Assembly (NCBI GenBank): GCA_947586825.1
Contig: CANPXU010000004.1
Location: 4,939 to 68,938, forward strand
DNA: 64,000 nt
DNA from: an uncultured Bacilli bacterium
GTDB lineage: Bacteria; Bacillota_I; Bacilli_A; RF39; UBA660
Direction: 5' to 3'
Position 1 is the first letter of the stretch. The number at the start of each line of letters is the position of its first letter. The position numbers and the translations under genes are program-made. Shown in pieces: positions 45,795 to 56,300 of this stretch. Under the pieces are notes generated by a model. The model did not search any database, had not been told where the DNA came from, and saw only the letters and a list, made by a program, of their open reading frames with translations.

Positions 45795-46627
45795 AATCCC
45801 ATCATCTCCCTTATTATTCGATCTGACATTTTTATTGTTCCTACTAAAACAAGCATATTAAATACTAACTCGCCTATATATTTCCATACTTGTGTAACTG
45901 CAGCTGCACTTGTATCAACTACAGGTGGTGAAGATGCAAAAAGCGAGAAAATTATGCATGATAAAACAATTATTACTCCCTCTAAGCAAACTGCAGAATA
46001 ACTTTTTAAGAAACTCTTACCGATGTTTTGGGTTGGCTCACCCGCAAATGTTGCGAGTGGAACAGGAGCTATTGCAGTATAAAGATATAATTTAAAAAAT
46101 CTTCCATAAACCGACATTATCATAATAAATGACATTACCGTTACAACTAAACCTCCTATAAGTGTTACAGCCCATAAAGGAATTGATTCAAAAAAGCCAC
46201 AATCCTCAATAGCTGTTATCATCTGCGATGGCAGAACTGATTTTGTAGAACTTGTAATATTTGAAATACTCATTATTTTAGAAACTATTCCTTGCGATAT
46301 TTTGAATAAGGCAAGCATAAGATCCATACCATAAGTAACAACTATTTTAGCAATAGCAAATCGAATAAAAAGTCTCAATGCGTGTTCAGGTTTCTTTACT
46401 TCAGTTAAAGATCCACAGGTTTTCATAATACCCGTTACAAAAAATAGTACGAGCAATGCTAATCCTACAGCTTGTAATCCATTATGAATATTTTTTATAA
46501 CATTCCATATTGTGCCATCTTTAAAAGTTTCAGGAGTTTGAGTAACTAAATTCCATATTTCAGCCATTTTAGAGTTCCAAGTTTCAAGTGCATTTTGTAA
46601 ATTTTGAACAACCCAATTATCGCTCAT
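45791..46627 (-). CDS. VirB6/TrbL-like polytopic conjugation channel protein
   Basis: 278 aa with 5-6 TM segments, positioned between the Maff2-like and VirB3/VirB4 genes. Confidence 0.6.
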   Translation of the reverse strand: MSDNWVVQNLQNALETWNSKMAEIWNLVTQTPETFKDGTIWNVIKNIHNGLQAVGLALLVLFFVTGIMKTCGSLTEVKKPEHALRLFIRFAIAKIVVTYGMDLMLALFKISQGIVSKIMSISNITSSTKSVLPSQMITAIEDCGFFESIPLWAVTLIGGLVVTVMSFIMIMSVYGRFFKLYLYTAIAPVPLATFAGEPTQNIGKSFLKSYSAVCLEGVIIVLSCIIFSLFASSPPVVDTSAAAVTQVWKYIGELVFNMLVLVGTIKMSDRIIREMMGL

Positions 46628-46665
46628 AACTTATCACCTCTCAATCACTAAAAAAGAGGACCATT

Positions 46666-47061
46666 TTATCCTCCCGTTACTAAGTCTAATATTTCTTTTG
46701 CAAAAGTTATTACTATGCCACCTGCCAAAGTTAGAAAACCATTTGCTCTTTGAGACGGATCGTGGCTTTTGATAGATAATCCAATTTGCACAATTGAGAA
46801 GCCTAAGATTATCATACCTACTGCTCTAATTAGTCCAAATATAAAATTAGATAAATTGTTAACCACTTGCAATGGATCTTCGGCGGCTAATACAACAGTT
46901 GATGTTCCTGCAGCCGCCAAAAACATAATCAAAAAAGTAAAATATTGAAATTTTTTTAAGCCTTTTTCACCCAAGCCATTTTTAAATTTGCAAATATTTT
47001 TCTTTATATATTCAGGTGTTTTTATAATACTCTGTTCAATTTTATTAATTACTTTTTTCAT
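46666..47061 (-). CDS. Maff2-family-like small membrane protein
   Basis: 131 aa with TM hairpins (FTFLIMFLAAAGTSTVVLA; AVGMIILGFSIVQIGL), immediately downstream of the T4CP, as is typical in clostridial ICEs (from memory). Confidence 0.5.
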   Translation of the reverse strand: MKKVINKIEQSIIKTPEYIKKNICKFKNGLGEKGLKKFQYFTFLIMFLAAAGTSTVVLAAEDPLQVVNNLSNFIFGLIRAVGMIILGFSIVQIGLSIKSHDPSQRANGFLTLAGGIVITFAKEILDLVTGG

Positions 47062-48872
47062 GTTATACCTTCTTTCTTAAAATATTTTTCTATATCTTCT
47101 GATGATACAATTTCATAATCTTCGATAATATTAGAATCTGTATCATCTTTATTTTCTTCTTCCTTAATAGTGGAAGAAAAATCTAAATTCACAGTAGCAA
47201 TAGCTTCGTTGATATTTCCGTATACATATATTTGAGATTTACCATCTGCCGATAATCGTACATTTGGATGCTTTAATACATCGTATTTTAAATCCATTAT
47301 AGGCCTTTCTCCTCTTATAAAAAGAATTGCATATTTATTGTCTAAAAGTCTTACTTCATCAGGGGTTAAAAGCTCTCTACCATTTAGTTGATAATTTGTT
47401 GAATAGTTGCCGCTATGTCCCGTACTTTTTCCATAAGTGTTTAAATCAATCGTTTCTTTTCCTAAAAGTTCTGAAACATACTTGTGTGTTGATTGCTCAT
47501 TTCCACCTAAATATAAAAATTCATCACAATTTCCAACTATTGACTCCCACTGTTTTTCAAATAATGCTTTTAATTGAGCTAAATTTTGCAAAATAATTGA
47601 AACGGATACCTCTCTTGATCTCATAACAGATAGGATTTTGTCAAAATCATCCGGTAATGAAACATTAGCAAATTCATCCATCAAAAAATGAACATGAACA
47701 GGTAATCTTCCATTATACTTATGATCTGCAGCATAAAATAATTGTTGAAATAATTGGGTATAAAGAATACTTACTAAGAAATTAAAAGAAGTATCATTAT
47801 CTGGAATAATAGCAAATAATGCTGTTTTCTTCTCACCAATAGTTTCAAGTTCTAATTCATCAGTTTGCGTAAGACTTGCCAAACTTTCAAGATTAAATTT
47901 TTCAAGGCGTGAAGCAAGCGTAATTTGAATTGATTTTAATGTTTTAGCAGAACCGGAATGATAATCTCTATAGTATTTAAGAGCTATATGATTAGGATTT
48001 TCGATTTCTAACTGATTAAAAAGAATATCTAAAGGACTAATAAAGTTATCATCATCTTCTTTGACTTCGCCTGCTCGTAGCATTTCCATAACCATAGGAA
48101 AATTTTGTTCATCTTCGGGAGCTTCATACCATAAATAAAACACTAAAGCTAGAAGAAGCATGGATGCTGCTGTATCCCAAAATGGATCATTTGATTGACT
48201 ACCCTTAGGTGTTGTAGCTTTAAAAAGATTAGTTACAAGTTTTTGAACATCATTATCCGATTGTAGATATACAAACGGATTATAACAATGTGATTTATCC
48301 ATATTGATTAAATCTAATACTTTAACTGAATATCCTTTTTCTTCTAGAAGATGTCCTTCATCTCTTGCAATTTCACCCTTTGGATCAAGAATTATTAATG
48401 AAGTGTTTGCTTGCATTACATTTGGTTTAGCAAAAAATCGTGTTTTTCCCGCTCCAGATCCACCAATTACTAAAGTATTTAGATTTCTTCTGTGTTTTCT
48501 TCCATCCAAGCCAATACTAACATTTTGTGTTAAAATTTTATTTTTTTCAAAAGGATGATCTACATATATTTTATTGATTTTTACTGGATCTCCCCATTTT
48601 GCACTACCGTGTTCTTCTCTTTTTCTATAGTTTTTTTGGGTTGATAAATATATACTGACTCCTATTATATATACAAAACTAAAAAGCAGAATTACTTTTA
48701 AAGACGATGAACACCATGTTATAGAAAATGGACTATCAATATATTTTGGAAAATCCTTTATTATTTTAGGAAGTCCACCATTAAAAGACGGAGCTATTAA
48801 AAGAGCAATCCATATAACGGGAATAAGACCGAAAACATATAAATATTTTGAACTATGTCTCTTTTCCGTCAT
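47058..48872 (-). CDS. Type IV coupling protein (VirD4/TraG family)
   Basis: Two N-terminal TM segments, Walker A VIGGSGAGKT and Walker B HFLMDEFAN, 604 aa. Confidence 0.9.
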   Translation of the reverse strand: MTEKRHSSKYLYVFGLIPVIWIALLIAPSFNGGLPKIIKDFPKYIDSPFSITWCSSSLKVILLFSFVYIIGVSIYLSTQKNYRKREEHGSAKWGDPVKINKIYVDHPFEKNKILTQNVSIGLDGRKHRRNLNTLVIGGSGAGKTRFFAKPNVMQANTSLIILDPKGEIARDEGHLLEEKGYSVKVLDLINMDKSHCYNPFVYLQSDNDVQKLVTNLFKATTPKGSQSNDPFWDTAASMLLLALVFYLWYEAPEDEQNFPMVMEMLRAGEVKEDDDNFISPLDILFNQLEIENPNHIALKYYRDYHSGSAKTLKSIQITLASRLEKFNLESLASLTQTDELELETIGEKKTALFAIIPDNDTSFNFLVSILYTQLFQQLFYAADHKYNGRLPVHVHFLMDEFANVSLPDDFDKILSVMRSREVSVSIILQNLAQLKALFEKQWESIVGNCDEFLYLGGNEQSTHKYVSELLGKETIDLNTYGKSTGHSGNYSTNYQLNGRELLTPDEVRLLDNKYAILFIRGERPIMDLKYDVLKHPNVRLSADGKSQIYVYGNINEAIATVNLDFSSTIKEEENKDDTDSNIIEDYEIVSSEDIEKYFKKEGIT

Positions 48873-49066
48873 CTACTGTCTGCAAAACGATCTCTGTGAA
48901 AGTATCTTTTCTTTTCAGGTGCATCTAAAGCCTTTAATAAAACTTCATCTACTGCATCTGTTTCACTTTGTTCCCTTATTAATCTATTTCTTAGTTCATT
49001 TAAAGCATTGATAACAATACCCATTTCATATTTATCAAGTTCTAATATTCTATAAACATCTTTCAT
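48869..49066 (-). CDS. Hypothetical small ICE protein (65 aa)
   Basis: Its stop overlaps the T4CP start by 4 nt and its start abuts the upstream gene's stop. Helical. Confidence 0.45.
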   Translation of the reverse strand: MKDVYRILELDKYEMGIVINALNELRNRLIREQSETDAVDEVLLKALDAPEKKRYFHRDRFADSR

Positions 49067-49794
49067 TAACGGCTAGTCTCCTTATTAGAAACTTTTTTAA
49101 TAATTTCGGTTTTTTCCTTAGATTGCTCACGATATCTAACTTCCGCTTTAGCTTTTTCTAATTTAGCTTTTACAGAAGGCCTATTGTTCACCTTAGTACC
49201 CTGCTCCGAAATCTTTTGCGTTTTTAAGAAAGGCTTTGACAGAGGGCTTTTTTCTGTCTTTGCCAAATGGGGGTTTAACGATGTTTCTTCCTTTTTATTA
49301 GAGTTATTTTTTGATTCAACATCTAATCCTTGTACTTCTTTTGTATTAGCATCCTTGCCCTGAGTGTTTTTTATGCTCTTTGTTTTTTCAATTTCACTTT
49401 TAATAGTTGATTCATCATAACTAGATAATTTGAATTTTTGAACTATTCTATTAATTTTTGCGGCGTCTTCTGCTCTGACCATAATATCAATAATTCCATC
49501 ATTAGATTTTTCTTTTTTATTTATTAATGCACTATATAGTACTCCATATCTTTTAGCTTCATCTGTAAACTTTTTAAATTCATCTTGTTTTACAGAAAAT
49601 ACTTTTAATTCTTTTCCTGACTTTAACATATTTGTAAGTTTTGTTTTACCTGCAGTTTTATTTTTATCTTTCATAATGGCATAAAGCAAAGCTGCAATAT
49701 CTTTCGCACCACTGCCGGTTATTTTTGCCGCTACCTGAAATCCTTCTAACGACATTCTTACAATTTGTTCAGCAGCATCACCTGATGTATTCAT
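49066..49794 (-). CDS. PcfB/DUF3801-like conjugation protein
   Basis: N-terminus AAEQIVRMSLEGFQVAAKITGSGAKDIAALLYAI...KELKVFSVKQDEFKKFTDEAKRYGVLYS resembles the PcfB family as I remember it. Confidence 0.6.
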   Translation of the reverse strand: MNTSGDAAEQIVRMSLEGFQVAAKITGSGAKDIAALLYAIMKDKNKTAGKTKLTNMLKSGKELKVFSVKQDEFKKFTDEAKRYGVLYSALINKKEKSNDGIIDIMVRAEDAAKINRIVQKFKLSSYDESTIKSEIEKTKSIKNTQGKDANTKEVQGLDVESKNNSNKKEETSLNPHLAKTEKSPLSKPFLKTQKISEQGTKVNNRPSVKAKLEKAKAEVRYREQSKEKTEIIKKVSNKETSR

Positions 49795-51109
49795 TTATCA
49801 CCATCTCCTTTTCATCTATAGATTTAATGTTATCTATTATTGAATCTCTGCGATTCTTAATGTTTTCACACATTTTCACTTCATTTTTGACTTCTTTGAT
49901 TTGATTTGTTATCGAGTCAATTCTTATTTTTATTTCCTCTTGATTACTTTCGTTAGCCAATTTATATTTTTTCCACAAATCTTCCCTTGTACCTTTTAAA
50001 TAGTCTAATTCTTCAACTTTATGATTATAAAATTTTAAAAAATCATCTTCTGTTTCAATTTTATTTTCAGCTAGCATTATTGCCTGCCTACTAAAATCAT
50101 TCATTTTTTTCACATCATATTTTAAGTTTGATGAAATGTTATATTTTTTAACAAAATTAGGATAATTATTTAATAGGTTACTATACCTTATATACAATGA
50201 GTAAAAGCTATTGTATTTTGGCTTGGCTAATATAGATAAAGTACTAGGTAATTTTCGATTCTTGTAATAATTTTTCTTTTCAGGTAAATATAAACCTTGA
50301 ATTTGCTTTTTTATATTATCTATCGAATAATCTTCACCATAATACCTTTCAATTCTGATATTTCTTTTGTAATCTTTTCCTTTAATACTTAATTTTCCTG
50401 ATCTTAAAGTTACTTCATATCCCAAATTAATCAATATTGTTTTAAATTCAGTATAATTATTTGCTTTAGCAATGGCCAAATCGATATCCTCTTTTGCCAT
50501 TTTGTAATAATTAGAATACTTTATTCCTCGATTTTGGTAATTAATATAATTAATTCCTGCTTTTGTTTTCTGCTCTTTTAAGTAGCTTTTCCCGTGTTCC
50601 ATACATATAAGATCATTTAATCTTCTAAATTCAGCATATGAATTTCTATCAGCATTGTATTTTTTGCCATCAATAAAAGATACAGAATTTACAACAAAAT
50701 GATTATGAAAATGTTTAGTATTTAAATGAGTAGTTACAACAACTTGAAACTTATCTCCCCACATTTCATTAGCTAATTCCAATCCTATATTATGAGCCTC
50801 TGTTGGGGTAACTTCACCTTCTTTAAAGGATTGATATGCGTGCCAAGCCAAAATCCCATCGTTTTTCATAAATTTCTTTTTAATGGCAAGCATTTCTTTA
50901 GTAGCATTATGCGGATTACAATTTATACCTGAAACATATAATAATTTTTCTGTTTTGTCGCCATCAGTGGTATAATCCATCAAATTTTTTAAATTTTCAA
51001 AATTTGATAAATCTGTTTTATATTTATCCTCAGCATAATCTACAACTTGTTTTAAACTAGATTTTACTTTCCATATTTTAACTACAGCTATACACACCAC
51101 TCCTTTCAT
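49778..51109 (-). CDS. Relaxase (MobA/VirD2-type mobilization nuclease)
   Basis: His-triad TTHLNTKHFHNHFVVNSV. The N-terminus (I)AVVKIWKVKSSLKQVVDYAED is typical of this family. It follows mobC. The start is either ATG 51109 or the SD-spaced ATA at 51091. Confidence 0.85.
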   Translation of the reverse strand: MKGVVCIAVVKIWKVKSSLKQVVDYAEDKYKTDLSNFENLKNLMDYTTDGDKTEKLLYVSGINCNPHNATKEMLAIKKKFMKNDGILAWHAYQSFKEGEVTPTEAHNIGLELANEMWGDKFQVVVTTHLNTKHFHNHFVVNSVSFIDGKKYNADRNSYAEFRRLNDLICMEHGKSYLKEQKTKAGINYINYQNRGIKYSNYYKMAKEDIDLAIAKANNYTEFKTILINLGYEVTLRSGKLSIKGKDYKRNIRIERYYGEDYSIDNIKKQIQGLYLPEKKNYYKNRKLPSTLSILAKPKYNSFYSLYIRYSNLLNNYPNFVKKYNISSNLKYDVKKMNDFSRQAIMLAENKIETEDDFLKFYNHKVEELDYLKGTREDLWKKYKLANESNQEEIKIRIDSITNQIKEVKNEVKMCENIKNRRDSIIDNIKSIDEKEMVINEYIR

Positions 51110-51111
51110 AC

Positions 51112-51423
51112 TTATATAAATCTTTCATATATAACATTTCGCAATTTTTCCAACTCATTAAATTGTTGATTCAGCTTTTCCTCATAAATTTTGCCTGTTG
51201 AATTTGCTATTCTAGCTAATTGATTAATATTGATACCTATTTTATTTATTTTATCTATCGCCTCATAAAATTCTTTAGTAGGGCATTGTTTAACTTGAGT
51301 TTCATACAACAATTTTCTAATGGTATTTGCTTCACTTAGATTTAGAATGGAAGACAAGTATTTTAATTGCTTATCTTCAGCATAGCTAAACCAAAAATTT
51401 TTTTTAATCGTTCTTGTTCTCAT
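51112..51423 (-). CDS. mobC: MobC-type relaxosome accessory protein
   Basis: 103 aa with INKIGININQLARIANS, directly upstream of the relaxase. Confidence 0.75.
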   Translation of the reverse strand: MRTRTIKKNFWFSYAEDKQLKYLSSILNLSEANTIRKLLYETQVKQCPTKEFYEAIDKINKIGININQLARIANSTGKIYEEKLNQQFNELEKLRNVIYERFI

Positions 51424-51551
51424 TTTTTTGACTTAGGTAATAATGGTTCATCATAGTTTAAAATACTCTTTATAAATGCTACGCATATAAGAGTTGTTCC
51501 AAATAATAAACCGATAATTAAACCTAGTAAAAAAAATAATAATTCGTTCAT
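51420..51551 (-). CDS. Small TM protein (43 aa) translationally coupled to mobC
   Basis: GGAGGA lies 6 nt upstream of ATG at 51551. Translation is MNELLFFLLGLIIGLLFGTTLICVAFIKSILNYDEPLLPKSKK*. ATGA overlap with the mobC start. Confidence 0.4.
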   Translation of the reverse strand: MNELLFFLLGLIIGLLFGTTLICVAFIKSILNYDEPLLPKSKK

Positions 51552-51573
51552 CTACATTCCTCCATTCTTGTAT

Positions 51574-51630
51574 AGGGGATTGGGGATTCCCCCCATAATA
51601 CGAGGAAAGTCCCTGTGGGAGGAGCTTTCC
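51574..51630. other. Candidate oriT (GC-rich repeat/hairpin cluster upstream of the mob operon)
   Basis: Tandem GGGGATT GGGGATT followed by CCCCCC, then the nested inverted repeat GGAAAG-TCCC-TGT-GGGA-GGAG-CTTTCC in otherwise AT-rich DNA. Confidence 0.4.
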
Positions 51631-51697
51631 AATGCTTGCTAATTAACTACACAGCTAAAACTGTATAAATGTTTTTTACTTTATACCCACTTTAATT

Positions 51698-52057
51698 TCA
51701 TCTTTCTACATCTAAAATATTTCTATTACTTTGTAATTGTTTAGTATGCTTAACTAAATCTTTTAGTTCATACCATACCGCATCATACAACTCATTAATT
51801 CCGCCAGCATCAGTTTTCATATAGTAATTATATAAGGTATGAACAGGATACTTTTCTCTCAATAAAGCTTTAACTTCATCTAAAGATAAACAATTACAAA
51901 TTGGATCACACATATCTACAAAATCATTTAACAATGCTATCTTATATGCATTATCAAATATTTTTTCCTTATCTTCATTTATTTGTTCATTTTTAAAATC
52001 GGTAAATTCATTACATGCTTTTTGCCATAATTTTTCTCTTAATGCTTTTTCATTCAT
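51698..52057 (-). CDS. Hypothetical ICE protein (DUF3848-like)
   Basis: 119 aa, helical. The N-terminus LREKLWQKACNEFTDFKNE...IFDNAYKIALLNDF resembles DUF3848 as I remember it. Confidence 0.4.
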   Translation of the reverse strand: MNEKALREKLWQKACNEFTDFKNEQINEDKEKIFDNAYKIALLNDFVDMCDPICNCLSLDEVKALLREKYPVHTLYNYYMKTDAGGINELYDAVWYELKDLVKHTKQLQSNRNILDVER

Positions 52058-52063
52058 ATAAAA

Positions 52064-52408
52064 TTATCTTTCGTTATCAGGAACATCTTTTGTTTTCGAT
52101 GATAAGAAAGTTACTCTTTCAGCAATTACATTTGTTCTAAATTCTTTTTCACCATCCTTATTTTCAAAAGAACTGGATTGTAATCTTCCTTTTACTCCGA
52201 TTACATCACCCTTTTTGCAATAATCCATAGTGGTAGCTGCTATTCCGTCCCATAAAGTTACATTTATGAAATCGGTTTCATATTTTCCATCTGCATTTTT
52301 ATAATTTCGAGTTACAGCGATCGTTACATTAGTAACCTTTTTACCATCATCTAAATCCTTGATTTCTGGATCTGATGTTAGCCTTCCTACAAGTACAATA
52401 TTATTCAT
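52064..52408 (-). CDS. ssb: Single-stranded DNA-binding protein (ICE-encoded, short C-terminus)
   Basis: OB-fold signature MNNIVLVGRLTSDPE...TDFINVTLWDGIA...VIGVKGRLQSSSFE. It lacks the usual long Gly/Gln-rich tail. Confidence 0.85.
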   Translation of the reverse strand: MNNIVLVGRLTSDPEIKDLDDGKKVTNVTIAVTRNYKNADGKYETDFINVTLWDGIAATTMDYCKKGDVIGVKGRLQSSSFENKDGEKEFRTNVIAERVTFLSSKTKDVPDNER

Positions 52409-52428
52409 TATTTAATCACTCTCCTTTT

Positions 52429-52656
52429 TTAAATTAAATTTTTTTCATTTATTTCACATAAAAATGAAACTAAACTTTTGTTTATTAATGAATTTTTTAT
52501 TCCTACCGCTAGTGTTAATTCGTTTCTGTTGAAATCAGAAGATTGTATTAATTCTTCAATCTTCATATCAATAATCTTTTTATCAGAGTCATACCCTAAT
52601 TTAATTAACTTCCAAAACACTTTAAATTTTTCTCTAATTATCTTATCTATATCCAT
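52429..52656 (-). CDS. Hypothetical small ICE protein (75 aa)
   Basis: ORF only; I recognise no motif. Confidence 0.35.
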   Translation of the reverse strand: MDIDKIIREKFKVFWKLIKLGYDSDKKIIDMKIEELIQSSDFNRNELTLAVGIKNSLINKSLVSFLCEINEKNLI

Positions 52657-52729
52657 TTTTCACCTCCTTTCCATAAAAAAAAGAACCCACTTGTTCTTTA
52701 AAATTTTCTAATAATATAAGCAAAATTAA

Positions 52730-53362
52730 TTATTTTTCTAATTCGCAAATTACTATAATTTGGTTGTTTGTATTATGCCTGCAAGTTATAAGTGTCAATG
52801 TACTTATATCATTATTTCTATTTAAATTAAGAGTTCCTTTTTTTTCAATATCATATATACGGACAACCTTATAATTATAAGTTTTTCCTTTATAATCTAT
52901 TGTTACTTTATCGCCCACTACTAGCTTATCTAAATCTTGAAAATAAGAAATGCTTGCGTTACCAGAATGAGCAGCTAAGATAACATTACCATTTTCTTCA
53001 TCTGGCATATTTGAATCGTCTAATATTTCGACATTGTAACTAATATTATTTAAGTAACTATTTCGATCAACTAAACCTCTAATCAAATTGATTTTTGGAA
53101 TTTTAATAACCGCAATATATTCAATTTTATTAGTTTTTTGAGCTTGATTTTCGTCTTTCAAATGATCATTTTGATTATCTTCAACTACCACTTCTTGCTG
53201 TTCAATATAAAAATTTTTTATAGCTTCTTGCTCCATAGTAGTTATTACTTTTCTTGAAACAAAATGATAAATAATTAAAAGTAGACCTACAAAAATAAGT
53301 AAAAAGCCGATTATTTCTAACCAGCTTTTTTTACTTCTTTCTTTTTTGGTTTTCACTAACAA
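52730..53362 (-). CDS. Sortase (ICE-encoded, dedicated to the adjacent adhesin)
   Basis: N-terminal TM, His motif VILAAHSG and Cys motif TLTLITCR. It overlaps the adhesin 3' end by 32 nt. Confidence 0.8.
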   Translation of the reverse strand: MLVKTKKERSKKSWLEIIGFLLIFVGLLLIIYHFVSRKVITTMEQEAIKNFYIEQQEVVVEDNQNDHLKDENQAQKTNKIEYIAVIKIPKINLIRGLVDRNSYLNNISYNVEILDDSNMPDEENGNVILAAHSGNASISYFQDLDKLVVGDKVTIDYKGKTYNYKVVRIYDIEKKGTLNLNRNNDISTLTLITCRHNTNNQIIVICELEK

Positions 53363-56300
53363 TTATGAACCCACCTATTAAAATTAATAATAATCCACCA
53401 ATGATAAGTGTTTTTATTTCTGTTTTATCGGTATCAGGAATTTTGATTATTTTTTCATCTTTTATGGTCGATTTAACAACTTGGCCATCTTCTAAAATCT
53501 CAAAATACATTTTTTCTTCGTTTAAAAGATATCCTTCTGGGGCTTCCCTTTCTAGAATATAATATTTACCATATTCTAAATTTTCTATTATGATCTTACC
53601 TTCTTCATCGGTTTTTCCTGAAAATACTAATTCATCGTTTTCGTTATAAATTTCTATTAAAGTATTTGGAAGTGCTTCTCCCGTAGATAAATCTTCTTTG
53701 GTAAATTCAAGAGTTCCAACTATTTTCTTATTAGTCATTCCAGCTTTAACTATTTCTCCATTTTCTTTAATTTCGAAGTATATCTTTTCATCAGTAAGTT
53801 TATATCCAGTAGATGGCTCTTTTTCTATAATATAATATTTTCCGTATTCTAGATCTTCTATTATGACTTTTCCCTCTTCGTTAGTTATTCCCGAAAATAT
53901 TAATTCATCGTTTTCGTTATAGATCTCTATTAAAGTATTTGGAAGCTTTTCTCCTGTAGATAAATCTTCCTTGGTAAATTCCAAAGTTCCAGTAATTTTT
54001 TCGTTGGTCATTTCAGCTTTAACAACCTTACCATCTTCTAAAATTTCAAAATACACTTTTTCACCATTTAGAACATATCCTTCCGGAGCTTCTTTTTCCA
54101 GGATATAGTATTTGCCATACTCTAAATCTTTAATAACAATTTTTCCTTCATTATCAGTTCTTCCTGAGAATATTAATTCATCATTTTCAGCTTTATAGAT
54201 TTCTATTAAAGTATCTGGAAGAGAATCACCAGTAGATAGATCTTTTTTAGTGAATTCTAAATCACCTTTTATTTTCTCATTTGTCATATTTGCTTTAACT
54301 ATTTCTCCATTTTCTTTAATTTCAAAATATACTTTTTCCTCATTAAGTTTATATCCGGTAGATGGCTCTTTTTCTATAATATAATATTTTCCGTATTCTA
54401 AATCCTCTACTAAAATTTTACCTTCTTCGTTTGTTTTACCCGAAAATACTAATTCATCGCTTTCGTTATAGATTTCTATTAAAGTATCTGAAATACCTTT
54501 ACCAGTTGTTAGATCTTCCTTAGTAAATTCGAGATCACCTTTTATTTTTTCATCCTTCATATTAGCTTTAATTACTTGGCCATCCTCTAAAATCTCAAAG
54601 TACATTTTTTCTTCGTTAAGAATATATCCTTCTGGAGCTTCCTTTTCTAGAATGTAATATCTTCCTAACTTCAAATCACTAATAACTATTTTCCCTGTTT
54701 CATCTGTTCTTCCTGAGAATATTAATTCATCATTTTCAGTATAAATTTCTATTAAGGTATTAGGAAGAGTTTCGCCTGTAGATAAATCTTCTTTAGTAAA
54801 TTCTAAAATTCCTTTTTTCAAATAGTTTAAAGTGGTATATGATTCATACACAATTTTTGTTTCTGAATCAATTTCTGTTAGTTCAAAATAATGTTTTTCA
54901 TTATCAAGCACATACTCATCACCTGTTTTTACTTCAATTAAGTAATACTTACCTAAAGGCAGCTCTTTACTAATTGCGTAACCATCAGCGTTGGTAGTCA
55001 AAGTATCAACTAAATCATCTTTACTATAATATAAATGATTAGCGTCAGAAGAAAGTATATCTTCTGCAGCATAAATTTCAAATACTACTCCTGATAAATT
55101 TTTAGAATCATAATAATACTCTCCTTTATCAATCACTATTTTTTCACCCGTTTTATGAATTTCTATTTTTCCTTTAATAGGATAATCTTTATATGTAACT
55201 TCGATCACAGGTCCATAAGTTGTATATACATAATGAGAATCATCACCGATAGTAAACTCTACTCCATCTTTATTAATCAAATAACCTTTCGGTGACATTA
55301 TCTCTACAATTTTGTAATGTCCTGCTTCAAGTTTTAAAAATGTCATAGATTTGCCTGTCTCGTCAGTTACAAACTTATCATAAACTTTTCCTCCTACATA
55401 TTGAGAAACATATTGTCCTGTATCAAGATTCATGATTCTAAAAGTTGCTCCTGCTAAAGCAATAGTTTTTCCTGTTTCATAATCAACTTTTTTAATTTGA
55501 ATATAGGCCGATAGTTTATTATTAAGAATATTATAATAGTGTTCTTTAGGACTATCCTCGTCGACCGTGATATAAAAATCATTAATCTTTTGATATCCAG
55601 TAGTTGAGTTTAATTGATGAAATCGCCAAACTCCATAAGGTAATTCAATAGAAGCATACCCGTTTTTATCTGTTGTAATTTTGTTGAATAATCTGCCATC
55701 CGGATAATATATTTCAAATGTAATATTCTGTTCTGCATTTAGAAATTTTGTTTCTCCATCAACATAATCATATTGTTTTAAAATTGTAATGTCATTTTTT
55801 ATAACTTTTTCTAGCACATCTACAGATACATCTACATGGTTGCTATCAATTGTAAAATAATATTTTTGTGTATCTAATAAATACCCTTTACTTGGAGTAA
55901 TTTCTTGCAAATAAAATCTCCCCATTTTTGGAAGATAATCACTTTGTGCATGGCCCTTTGAATCTGTTGTCATCTCACCGATATAGTTTCCATCTTCGCT
56001 ATAAATTCCATAAACTGCACCTTCTAAAGTGGCTTGCCCTTGTGCAGTTGATGATCTTGTATCATTGTCTTTTTTATCAAGTGATATTTTTCCTCCTGCT
56101 ATATTAATATTGATAGATGTTTGAACTGGATCATAACTTCCAACTTGTACAATGTCTTGTGTACCAGGCTTAACATATACAATAGTTGGATGTGTATATC
56201 TTGTATCTTTTTTAGAAAATGTAAGAGTAGTATTTCCAACATTATTTGCTGTTATATTCAAGTCATTTCCGTTTTTATTTATTGTAACTATGTTATTACT

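Noticed and set aside
53450-54816. Regularly spaced ~265-bp tandem repeats considered as a CRISPR-like or satellite array.
   Set aside because: The repeats are in frame within the 1206-aa adhesin ORF and encode SpaA/CnaB-type domains. There are no short spacer/repeat units and no cas genes.
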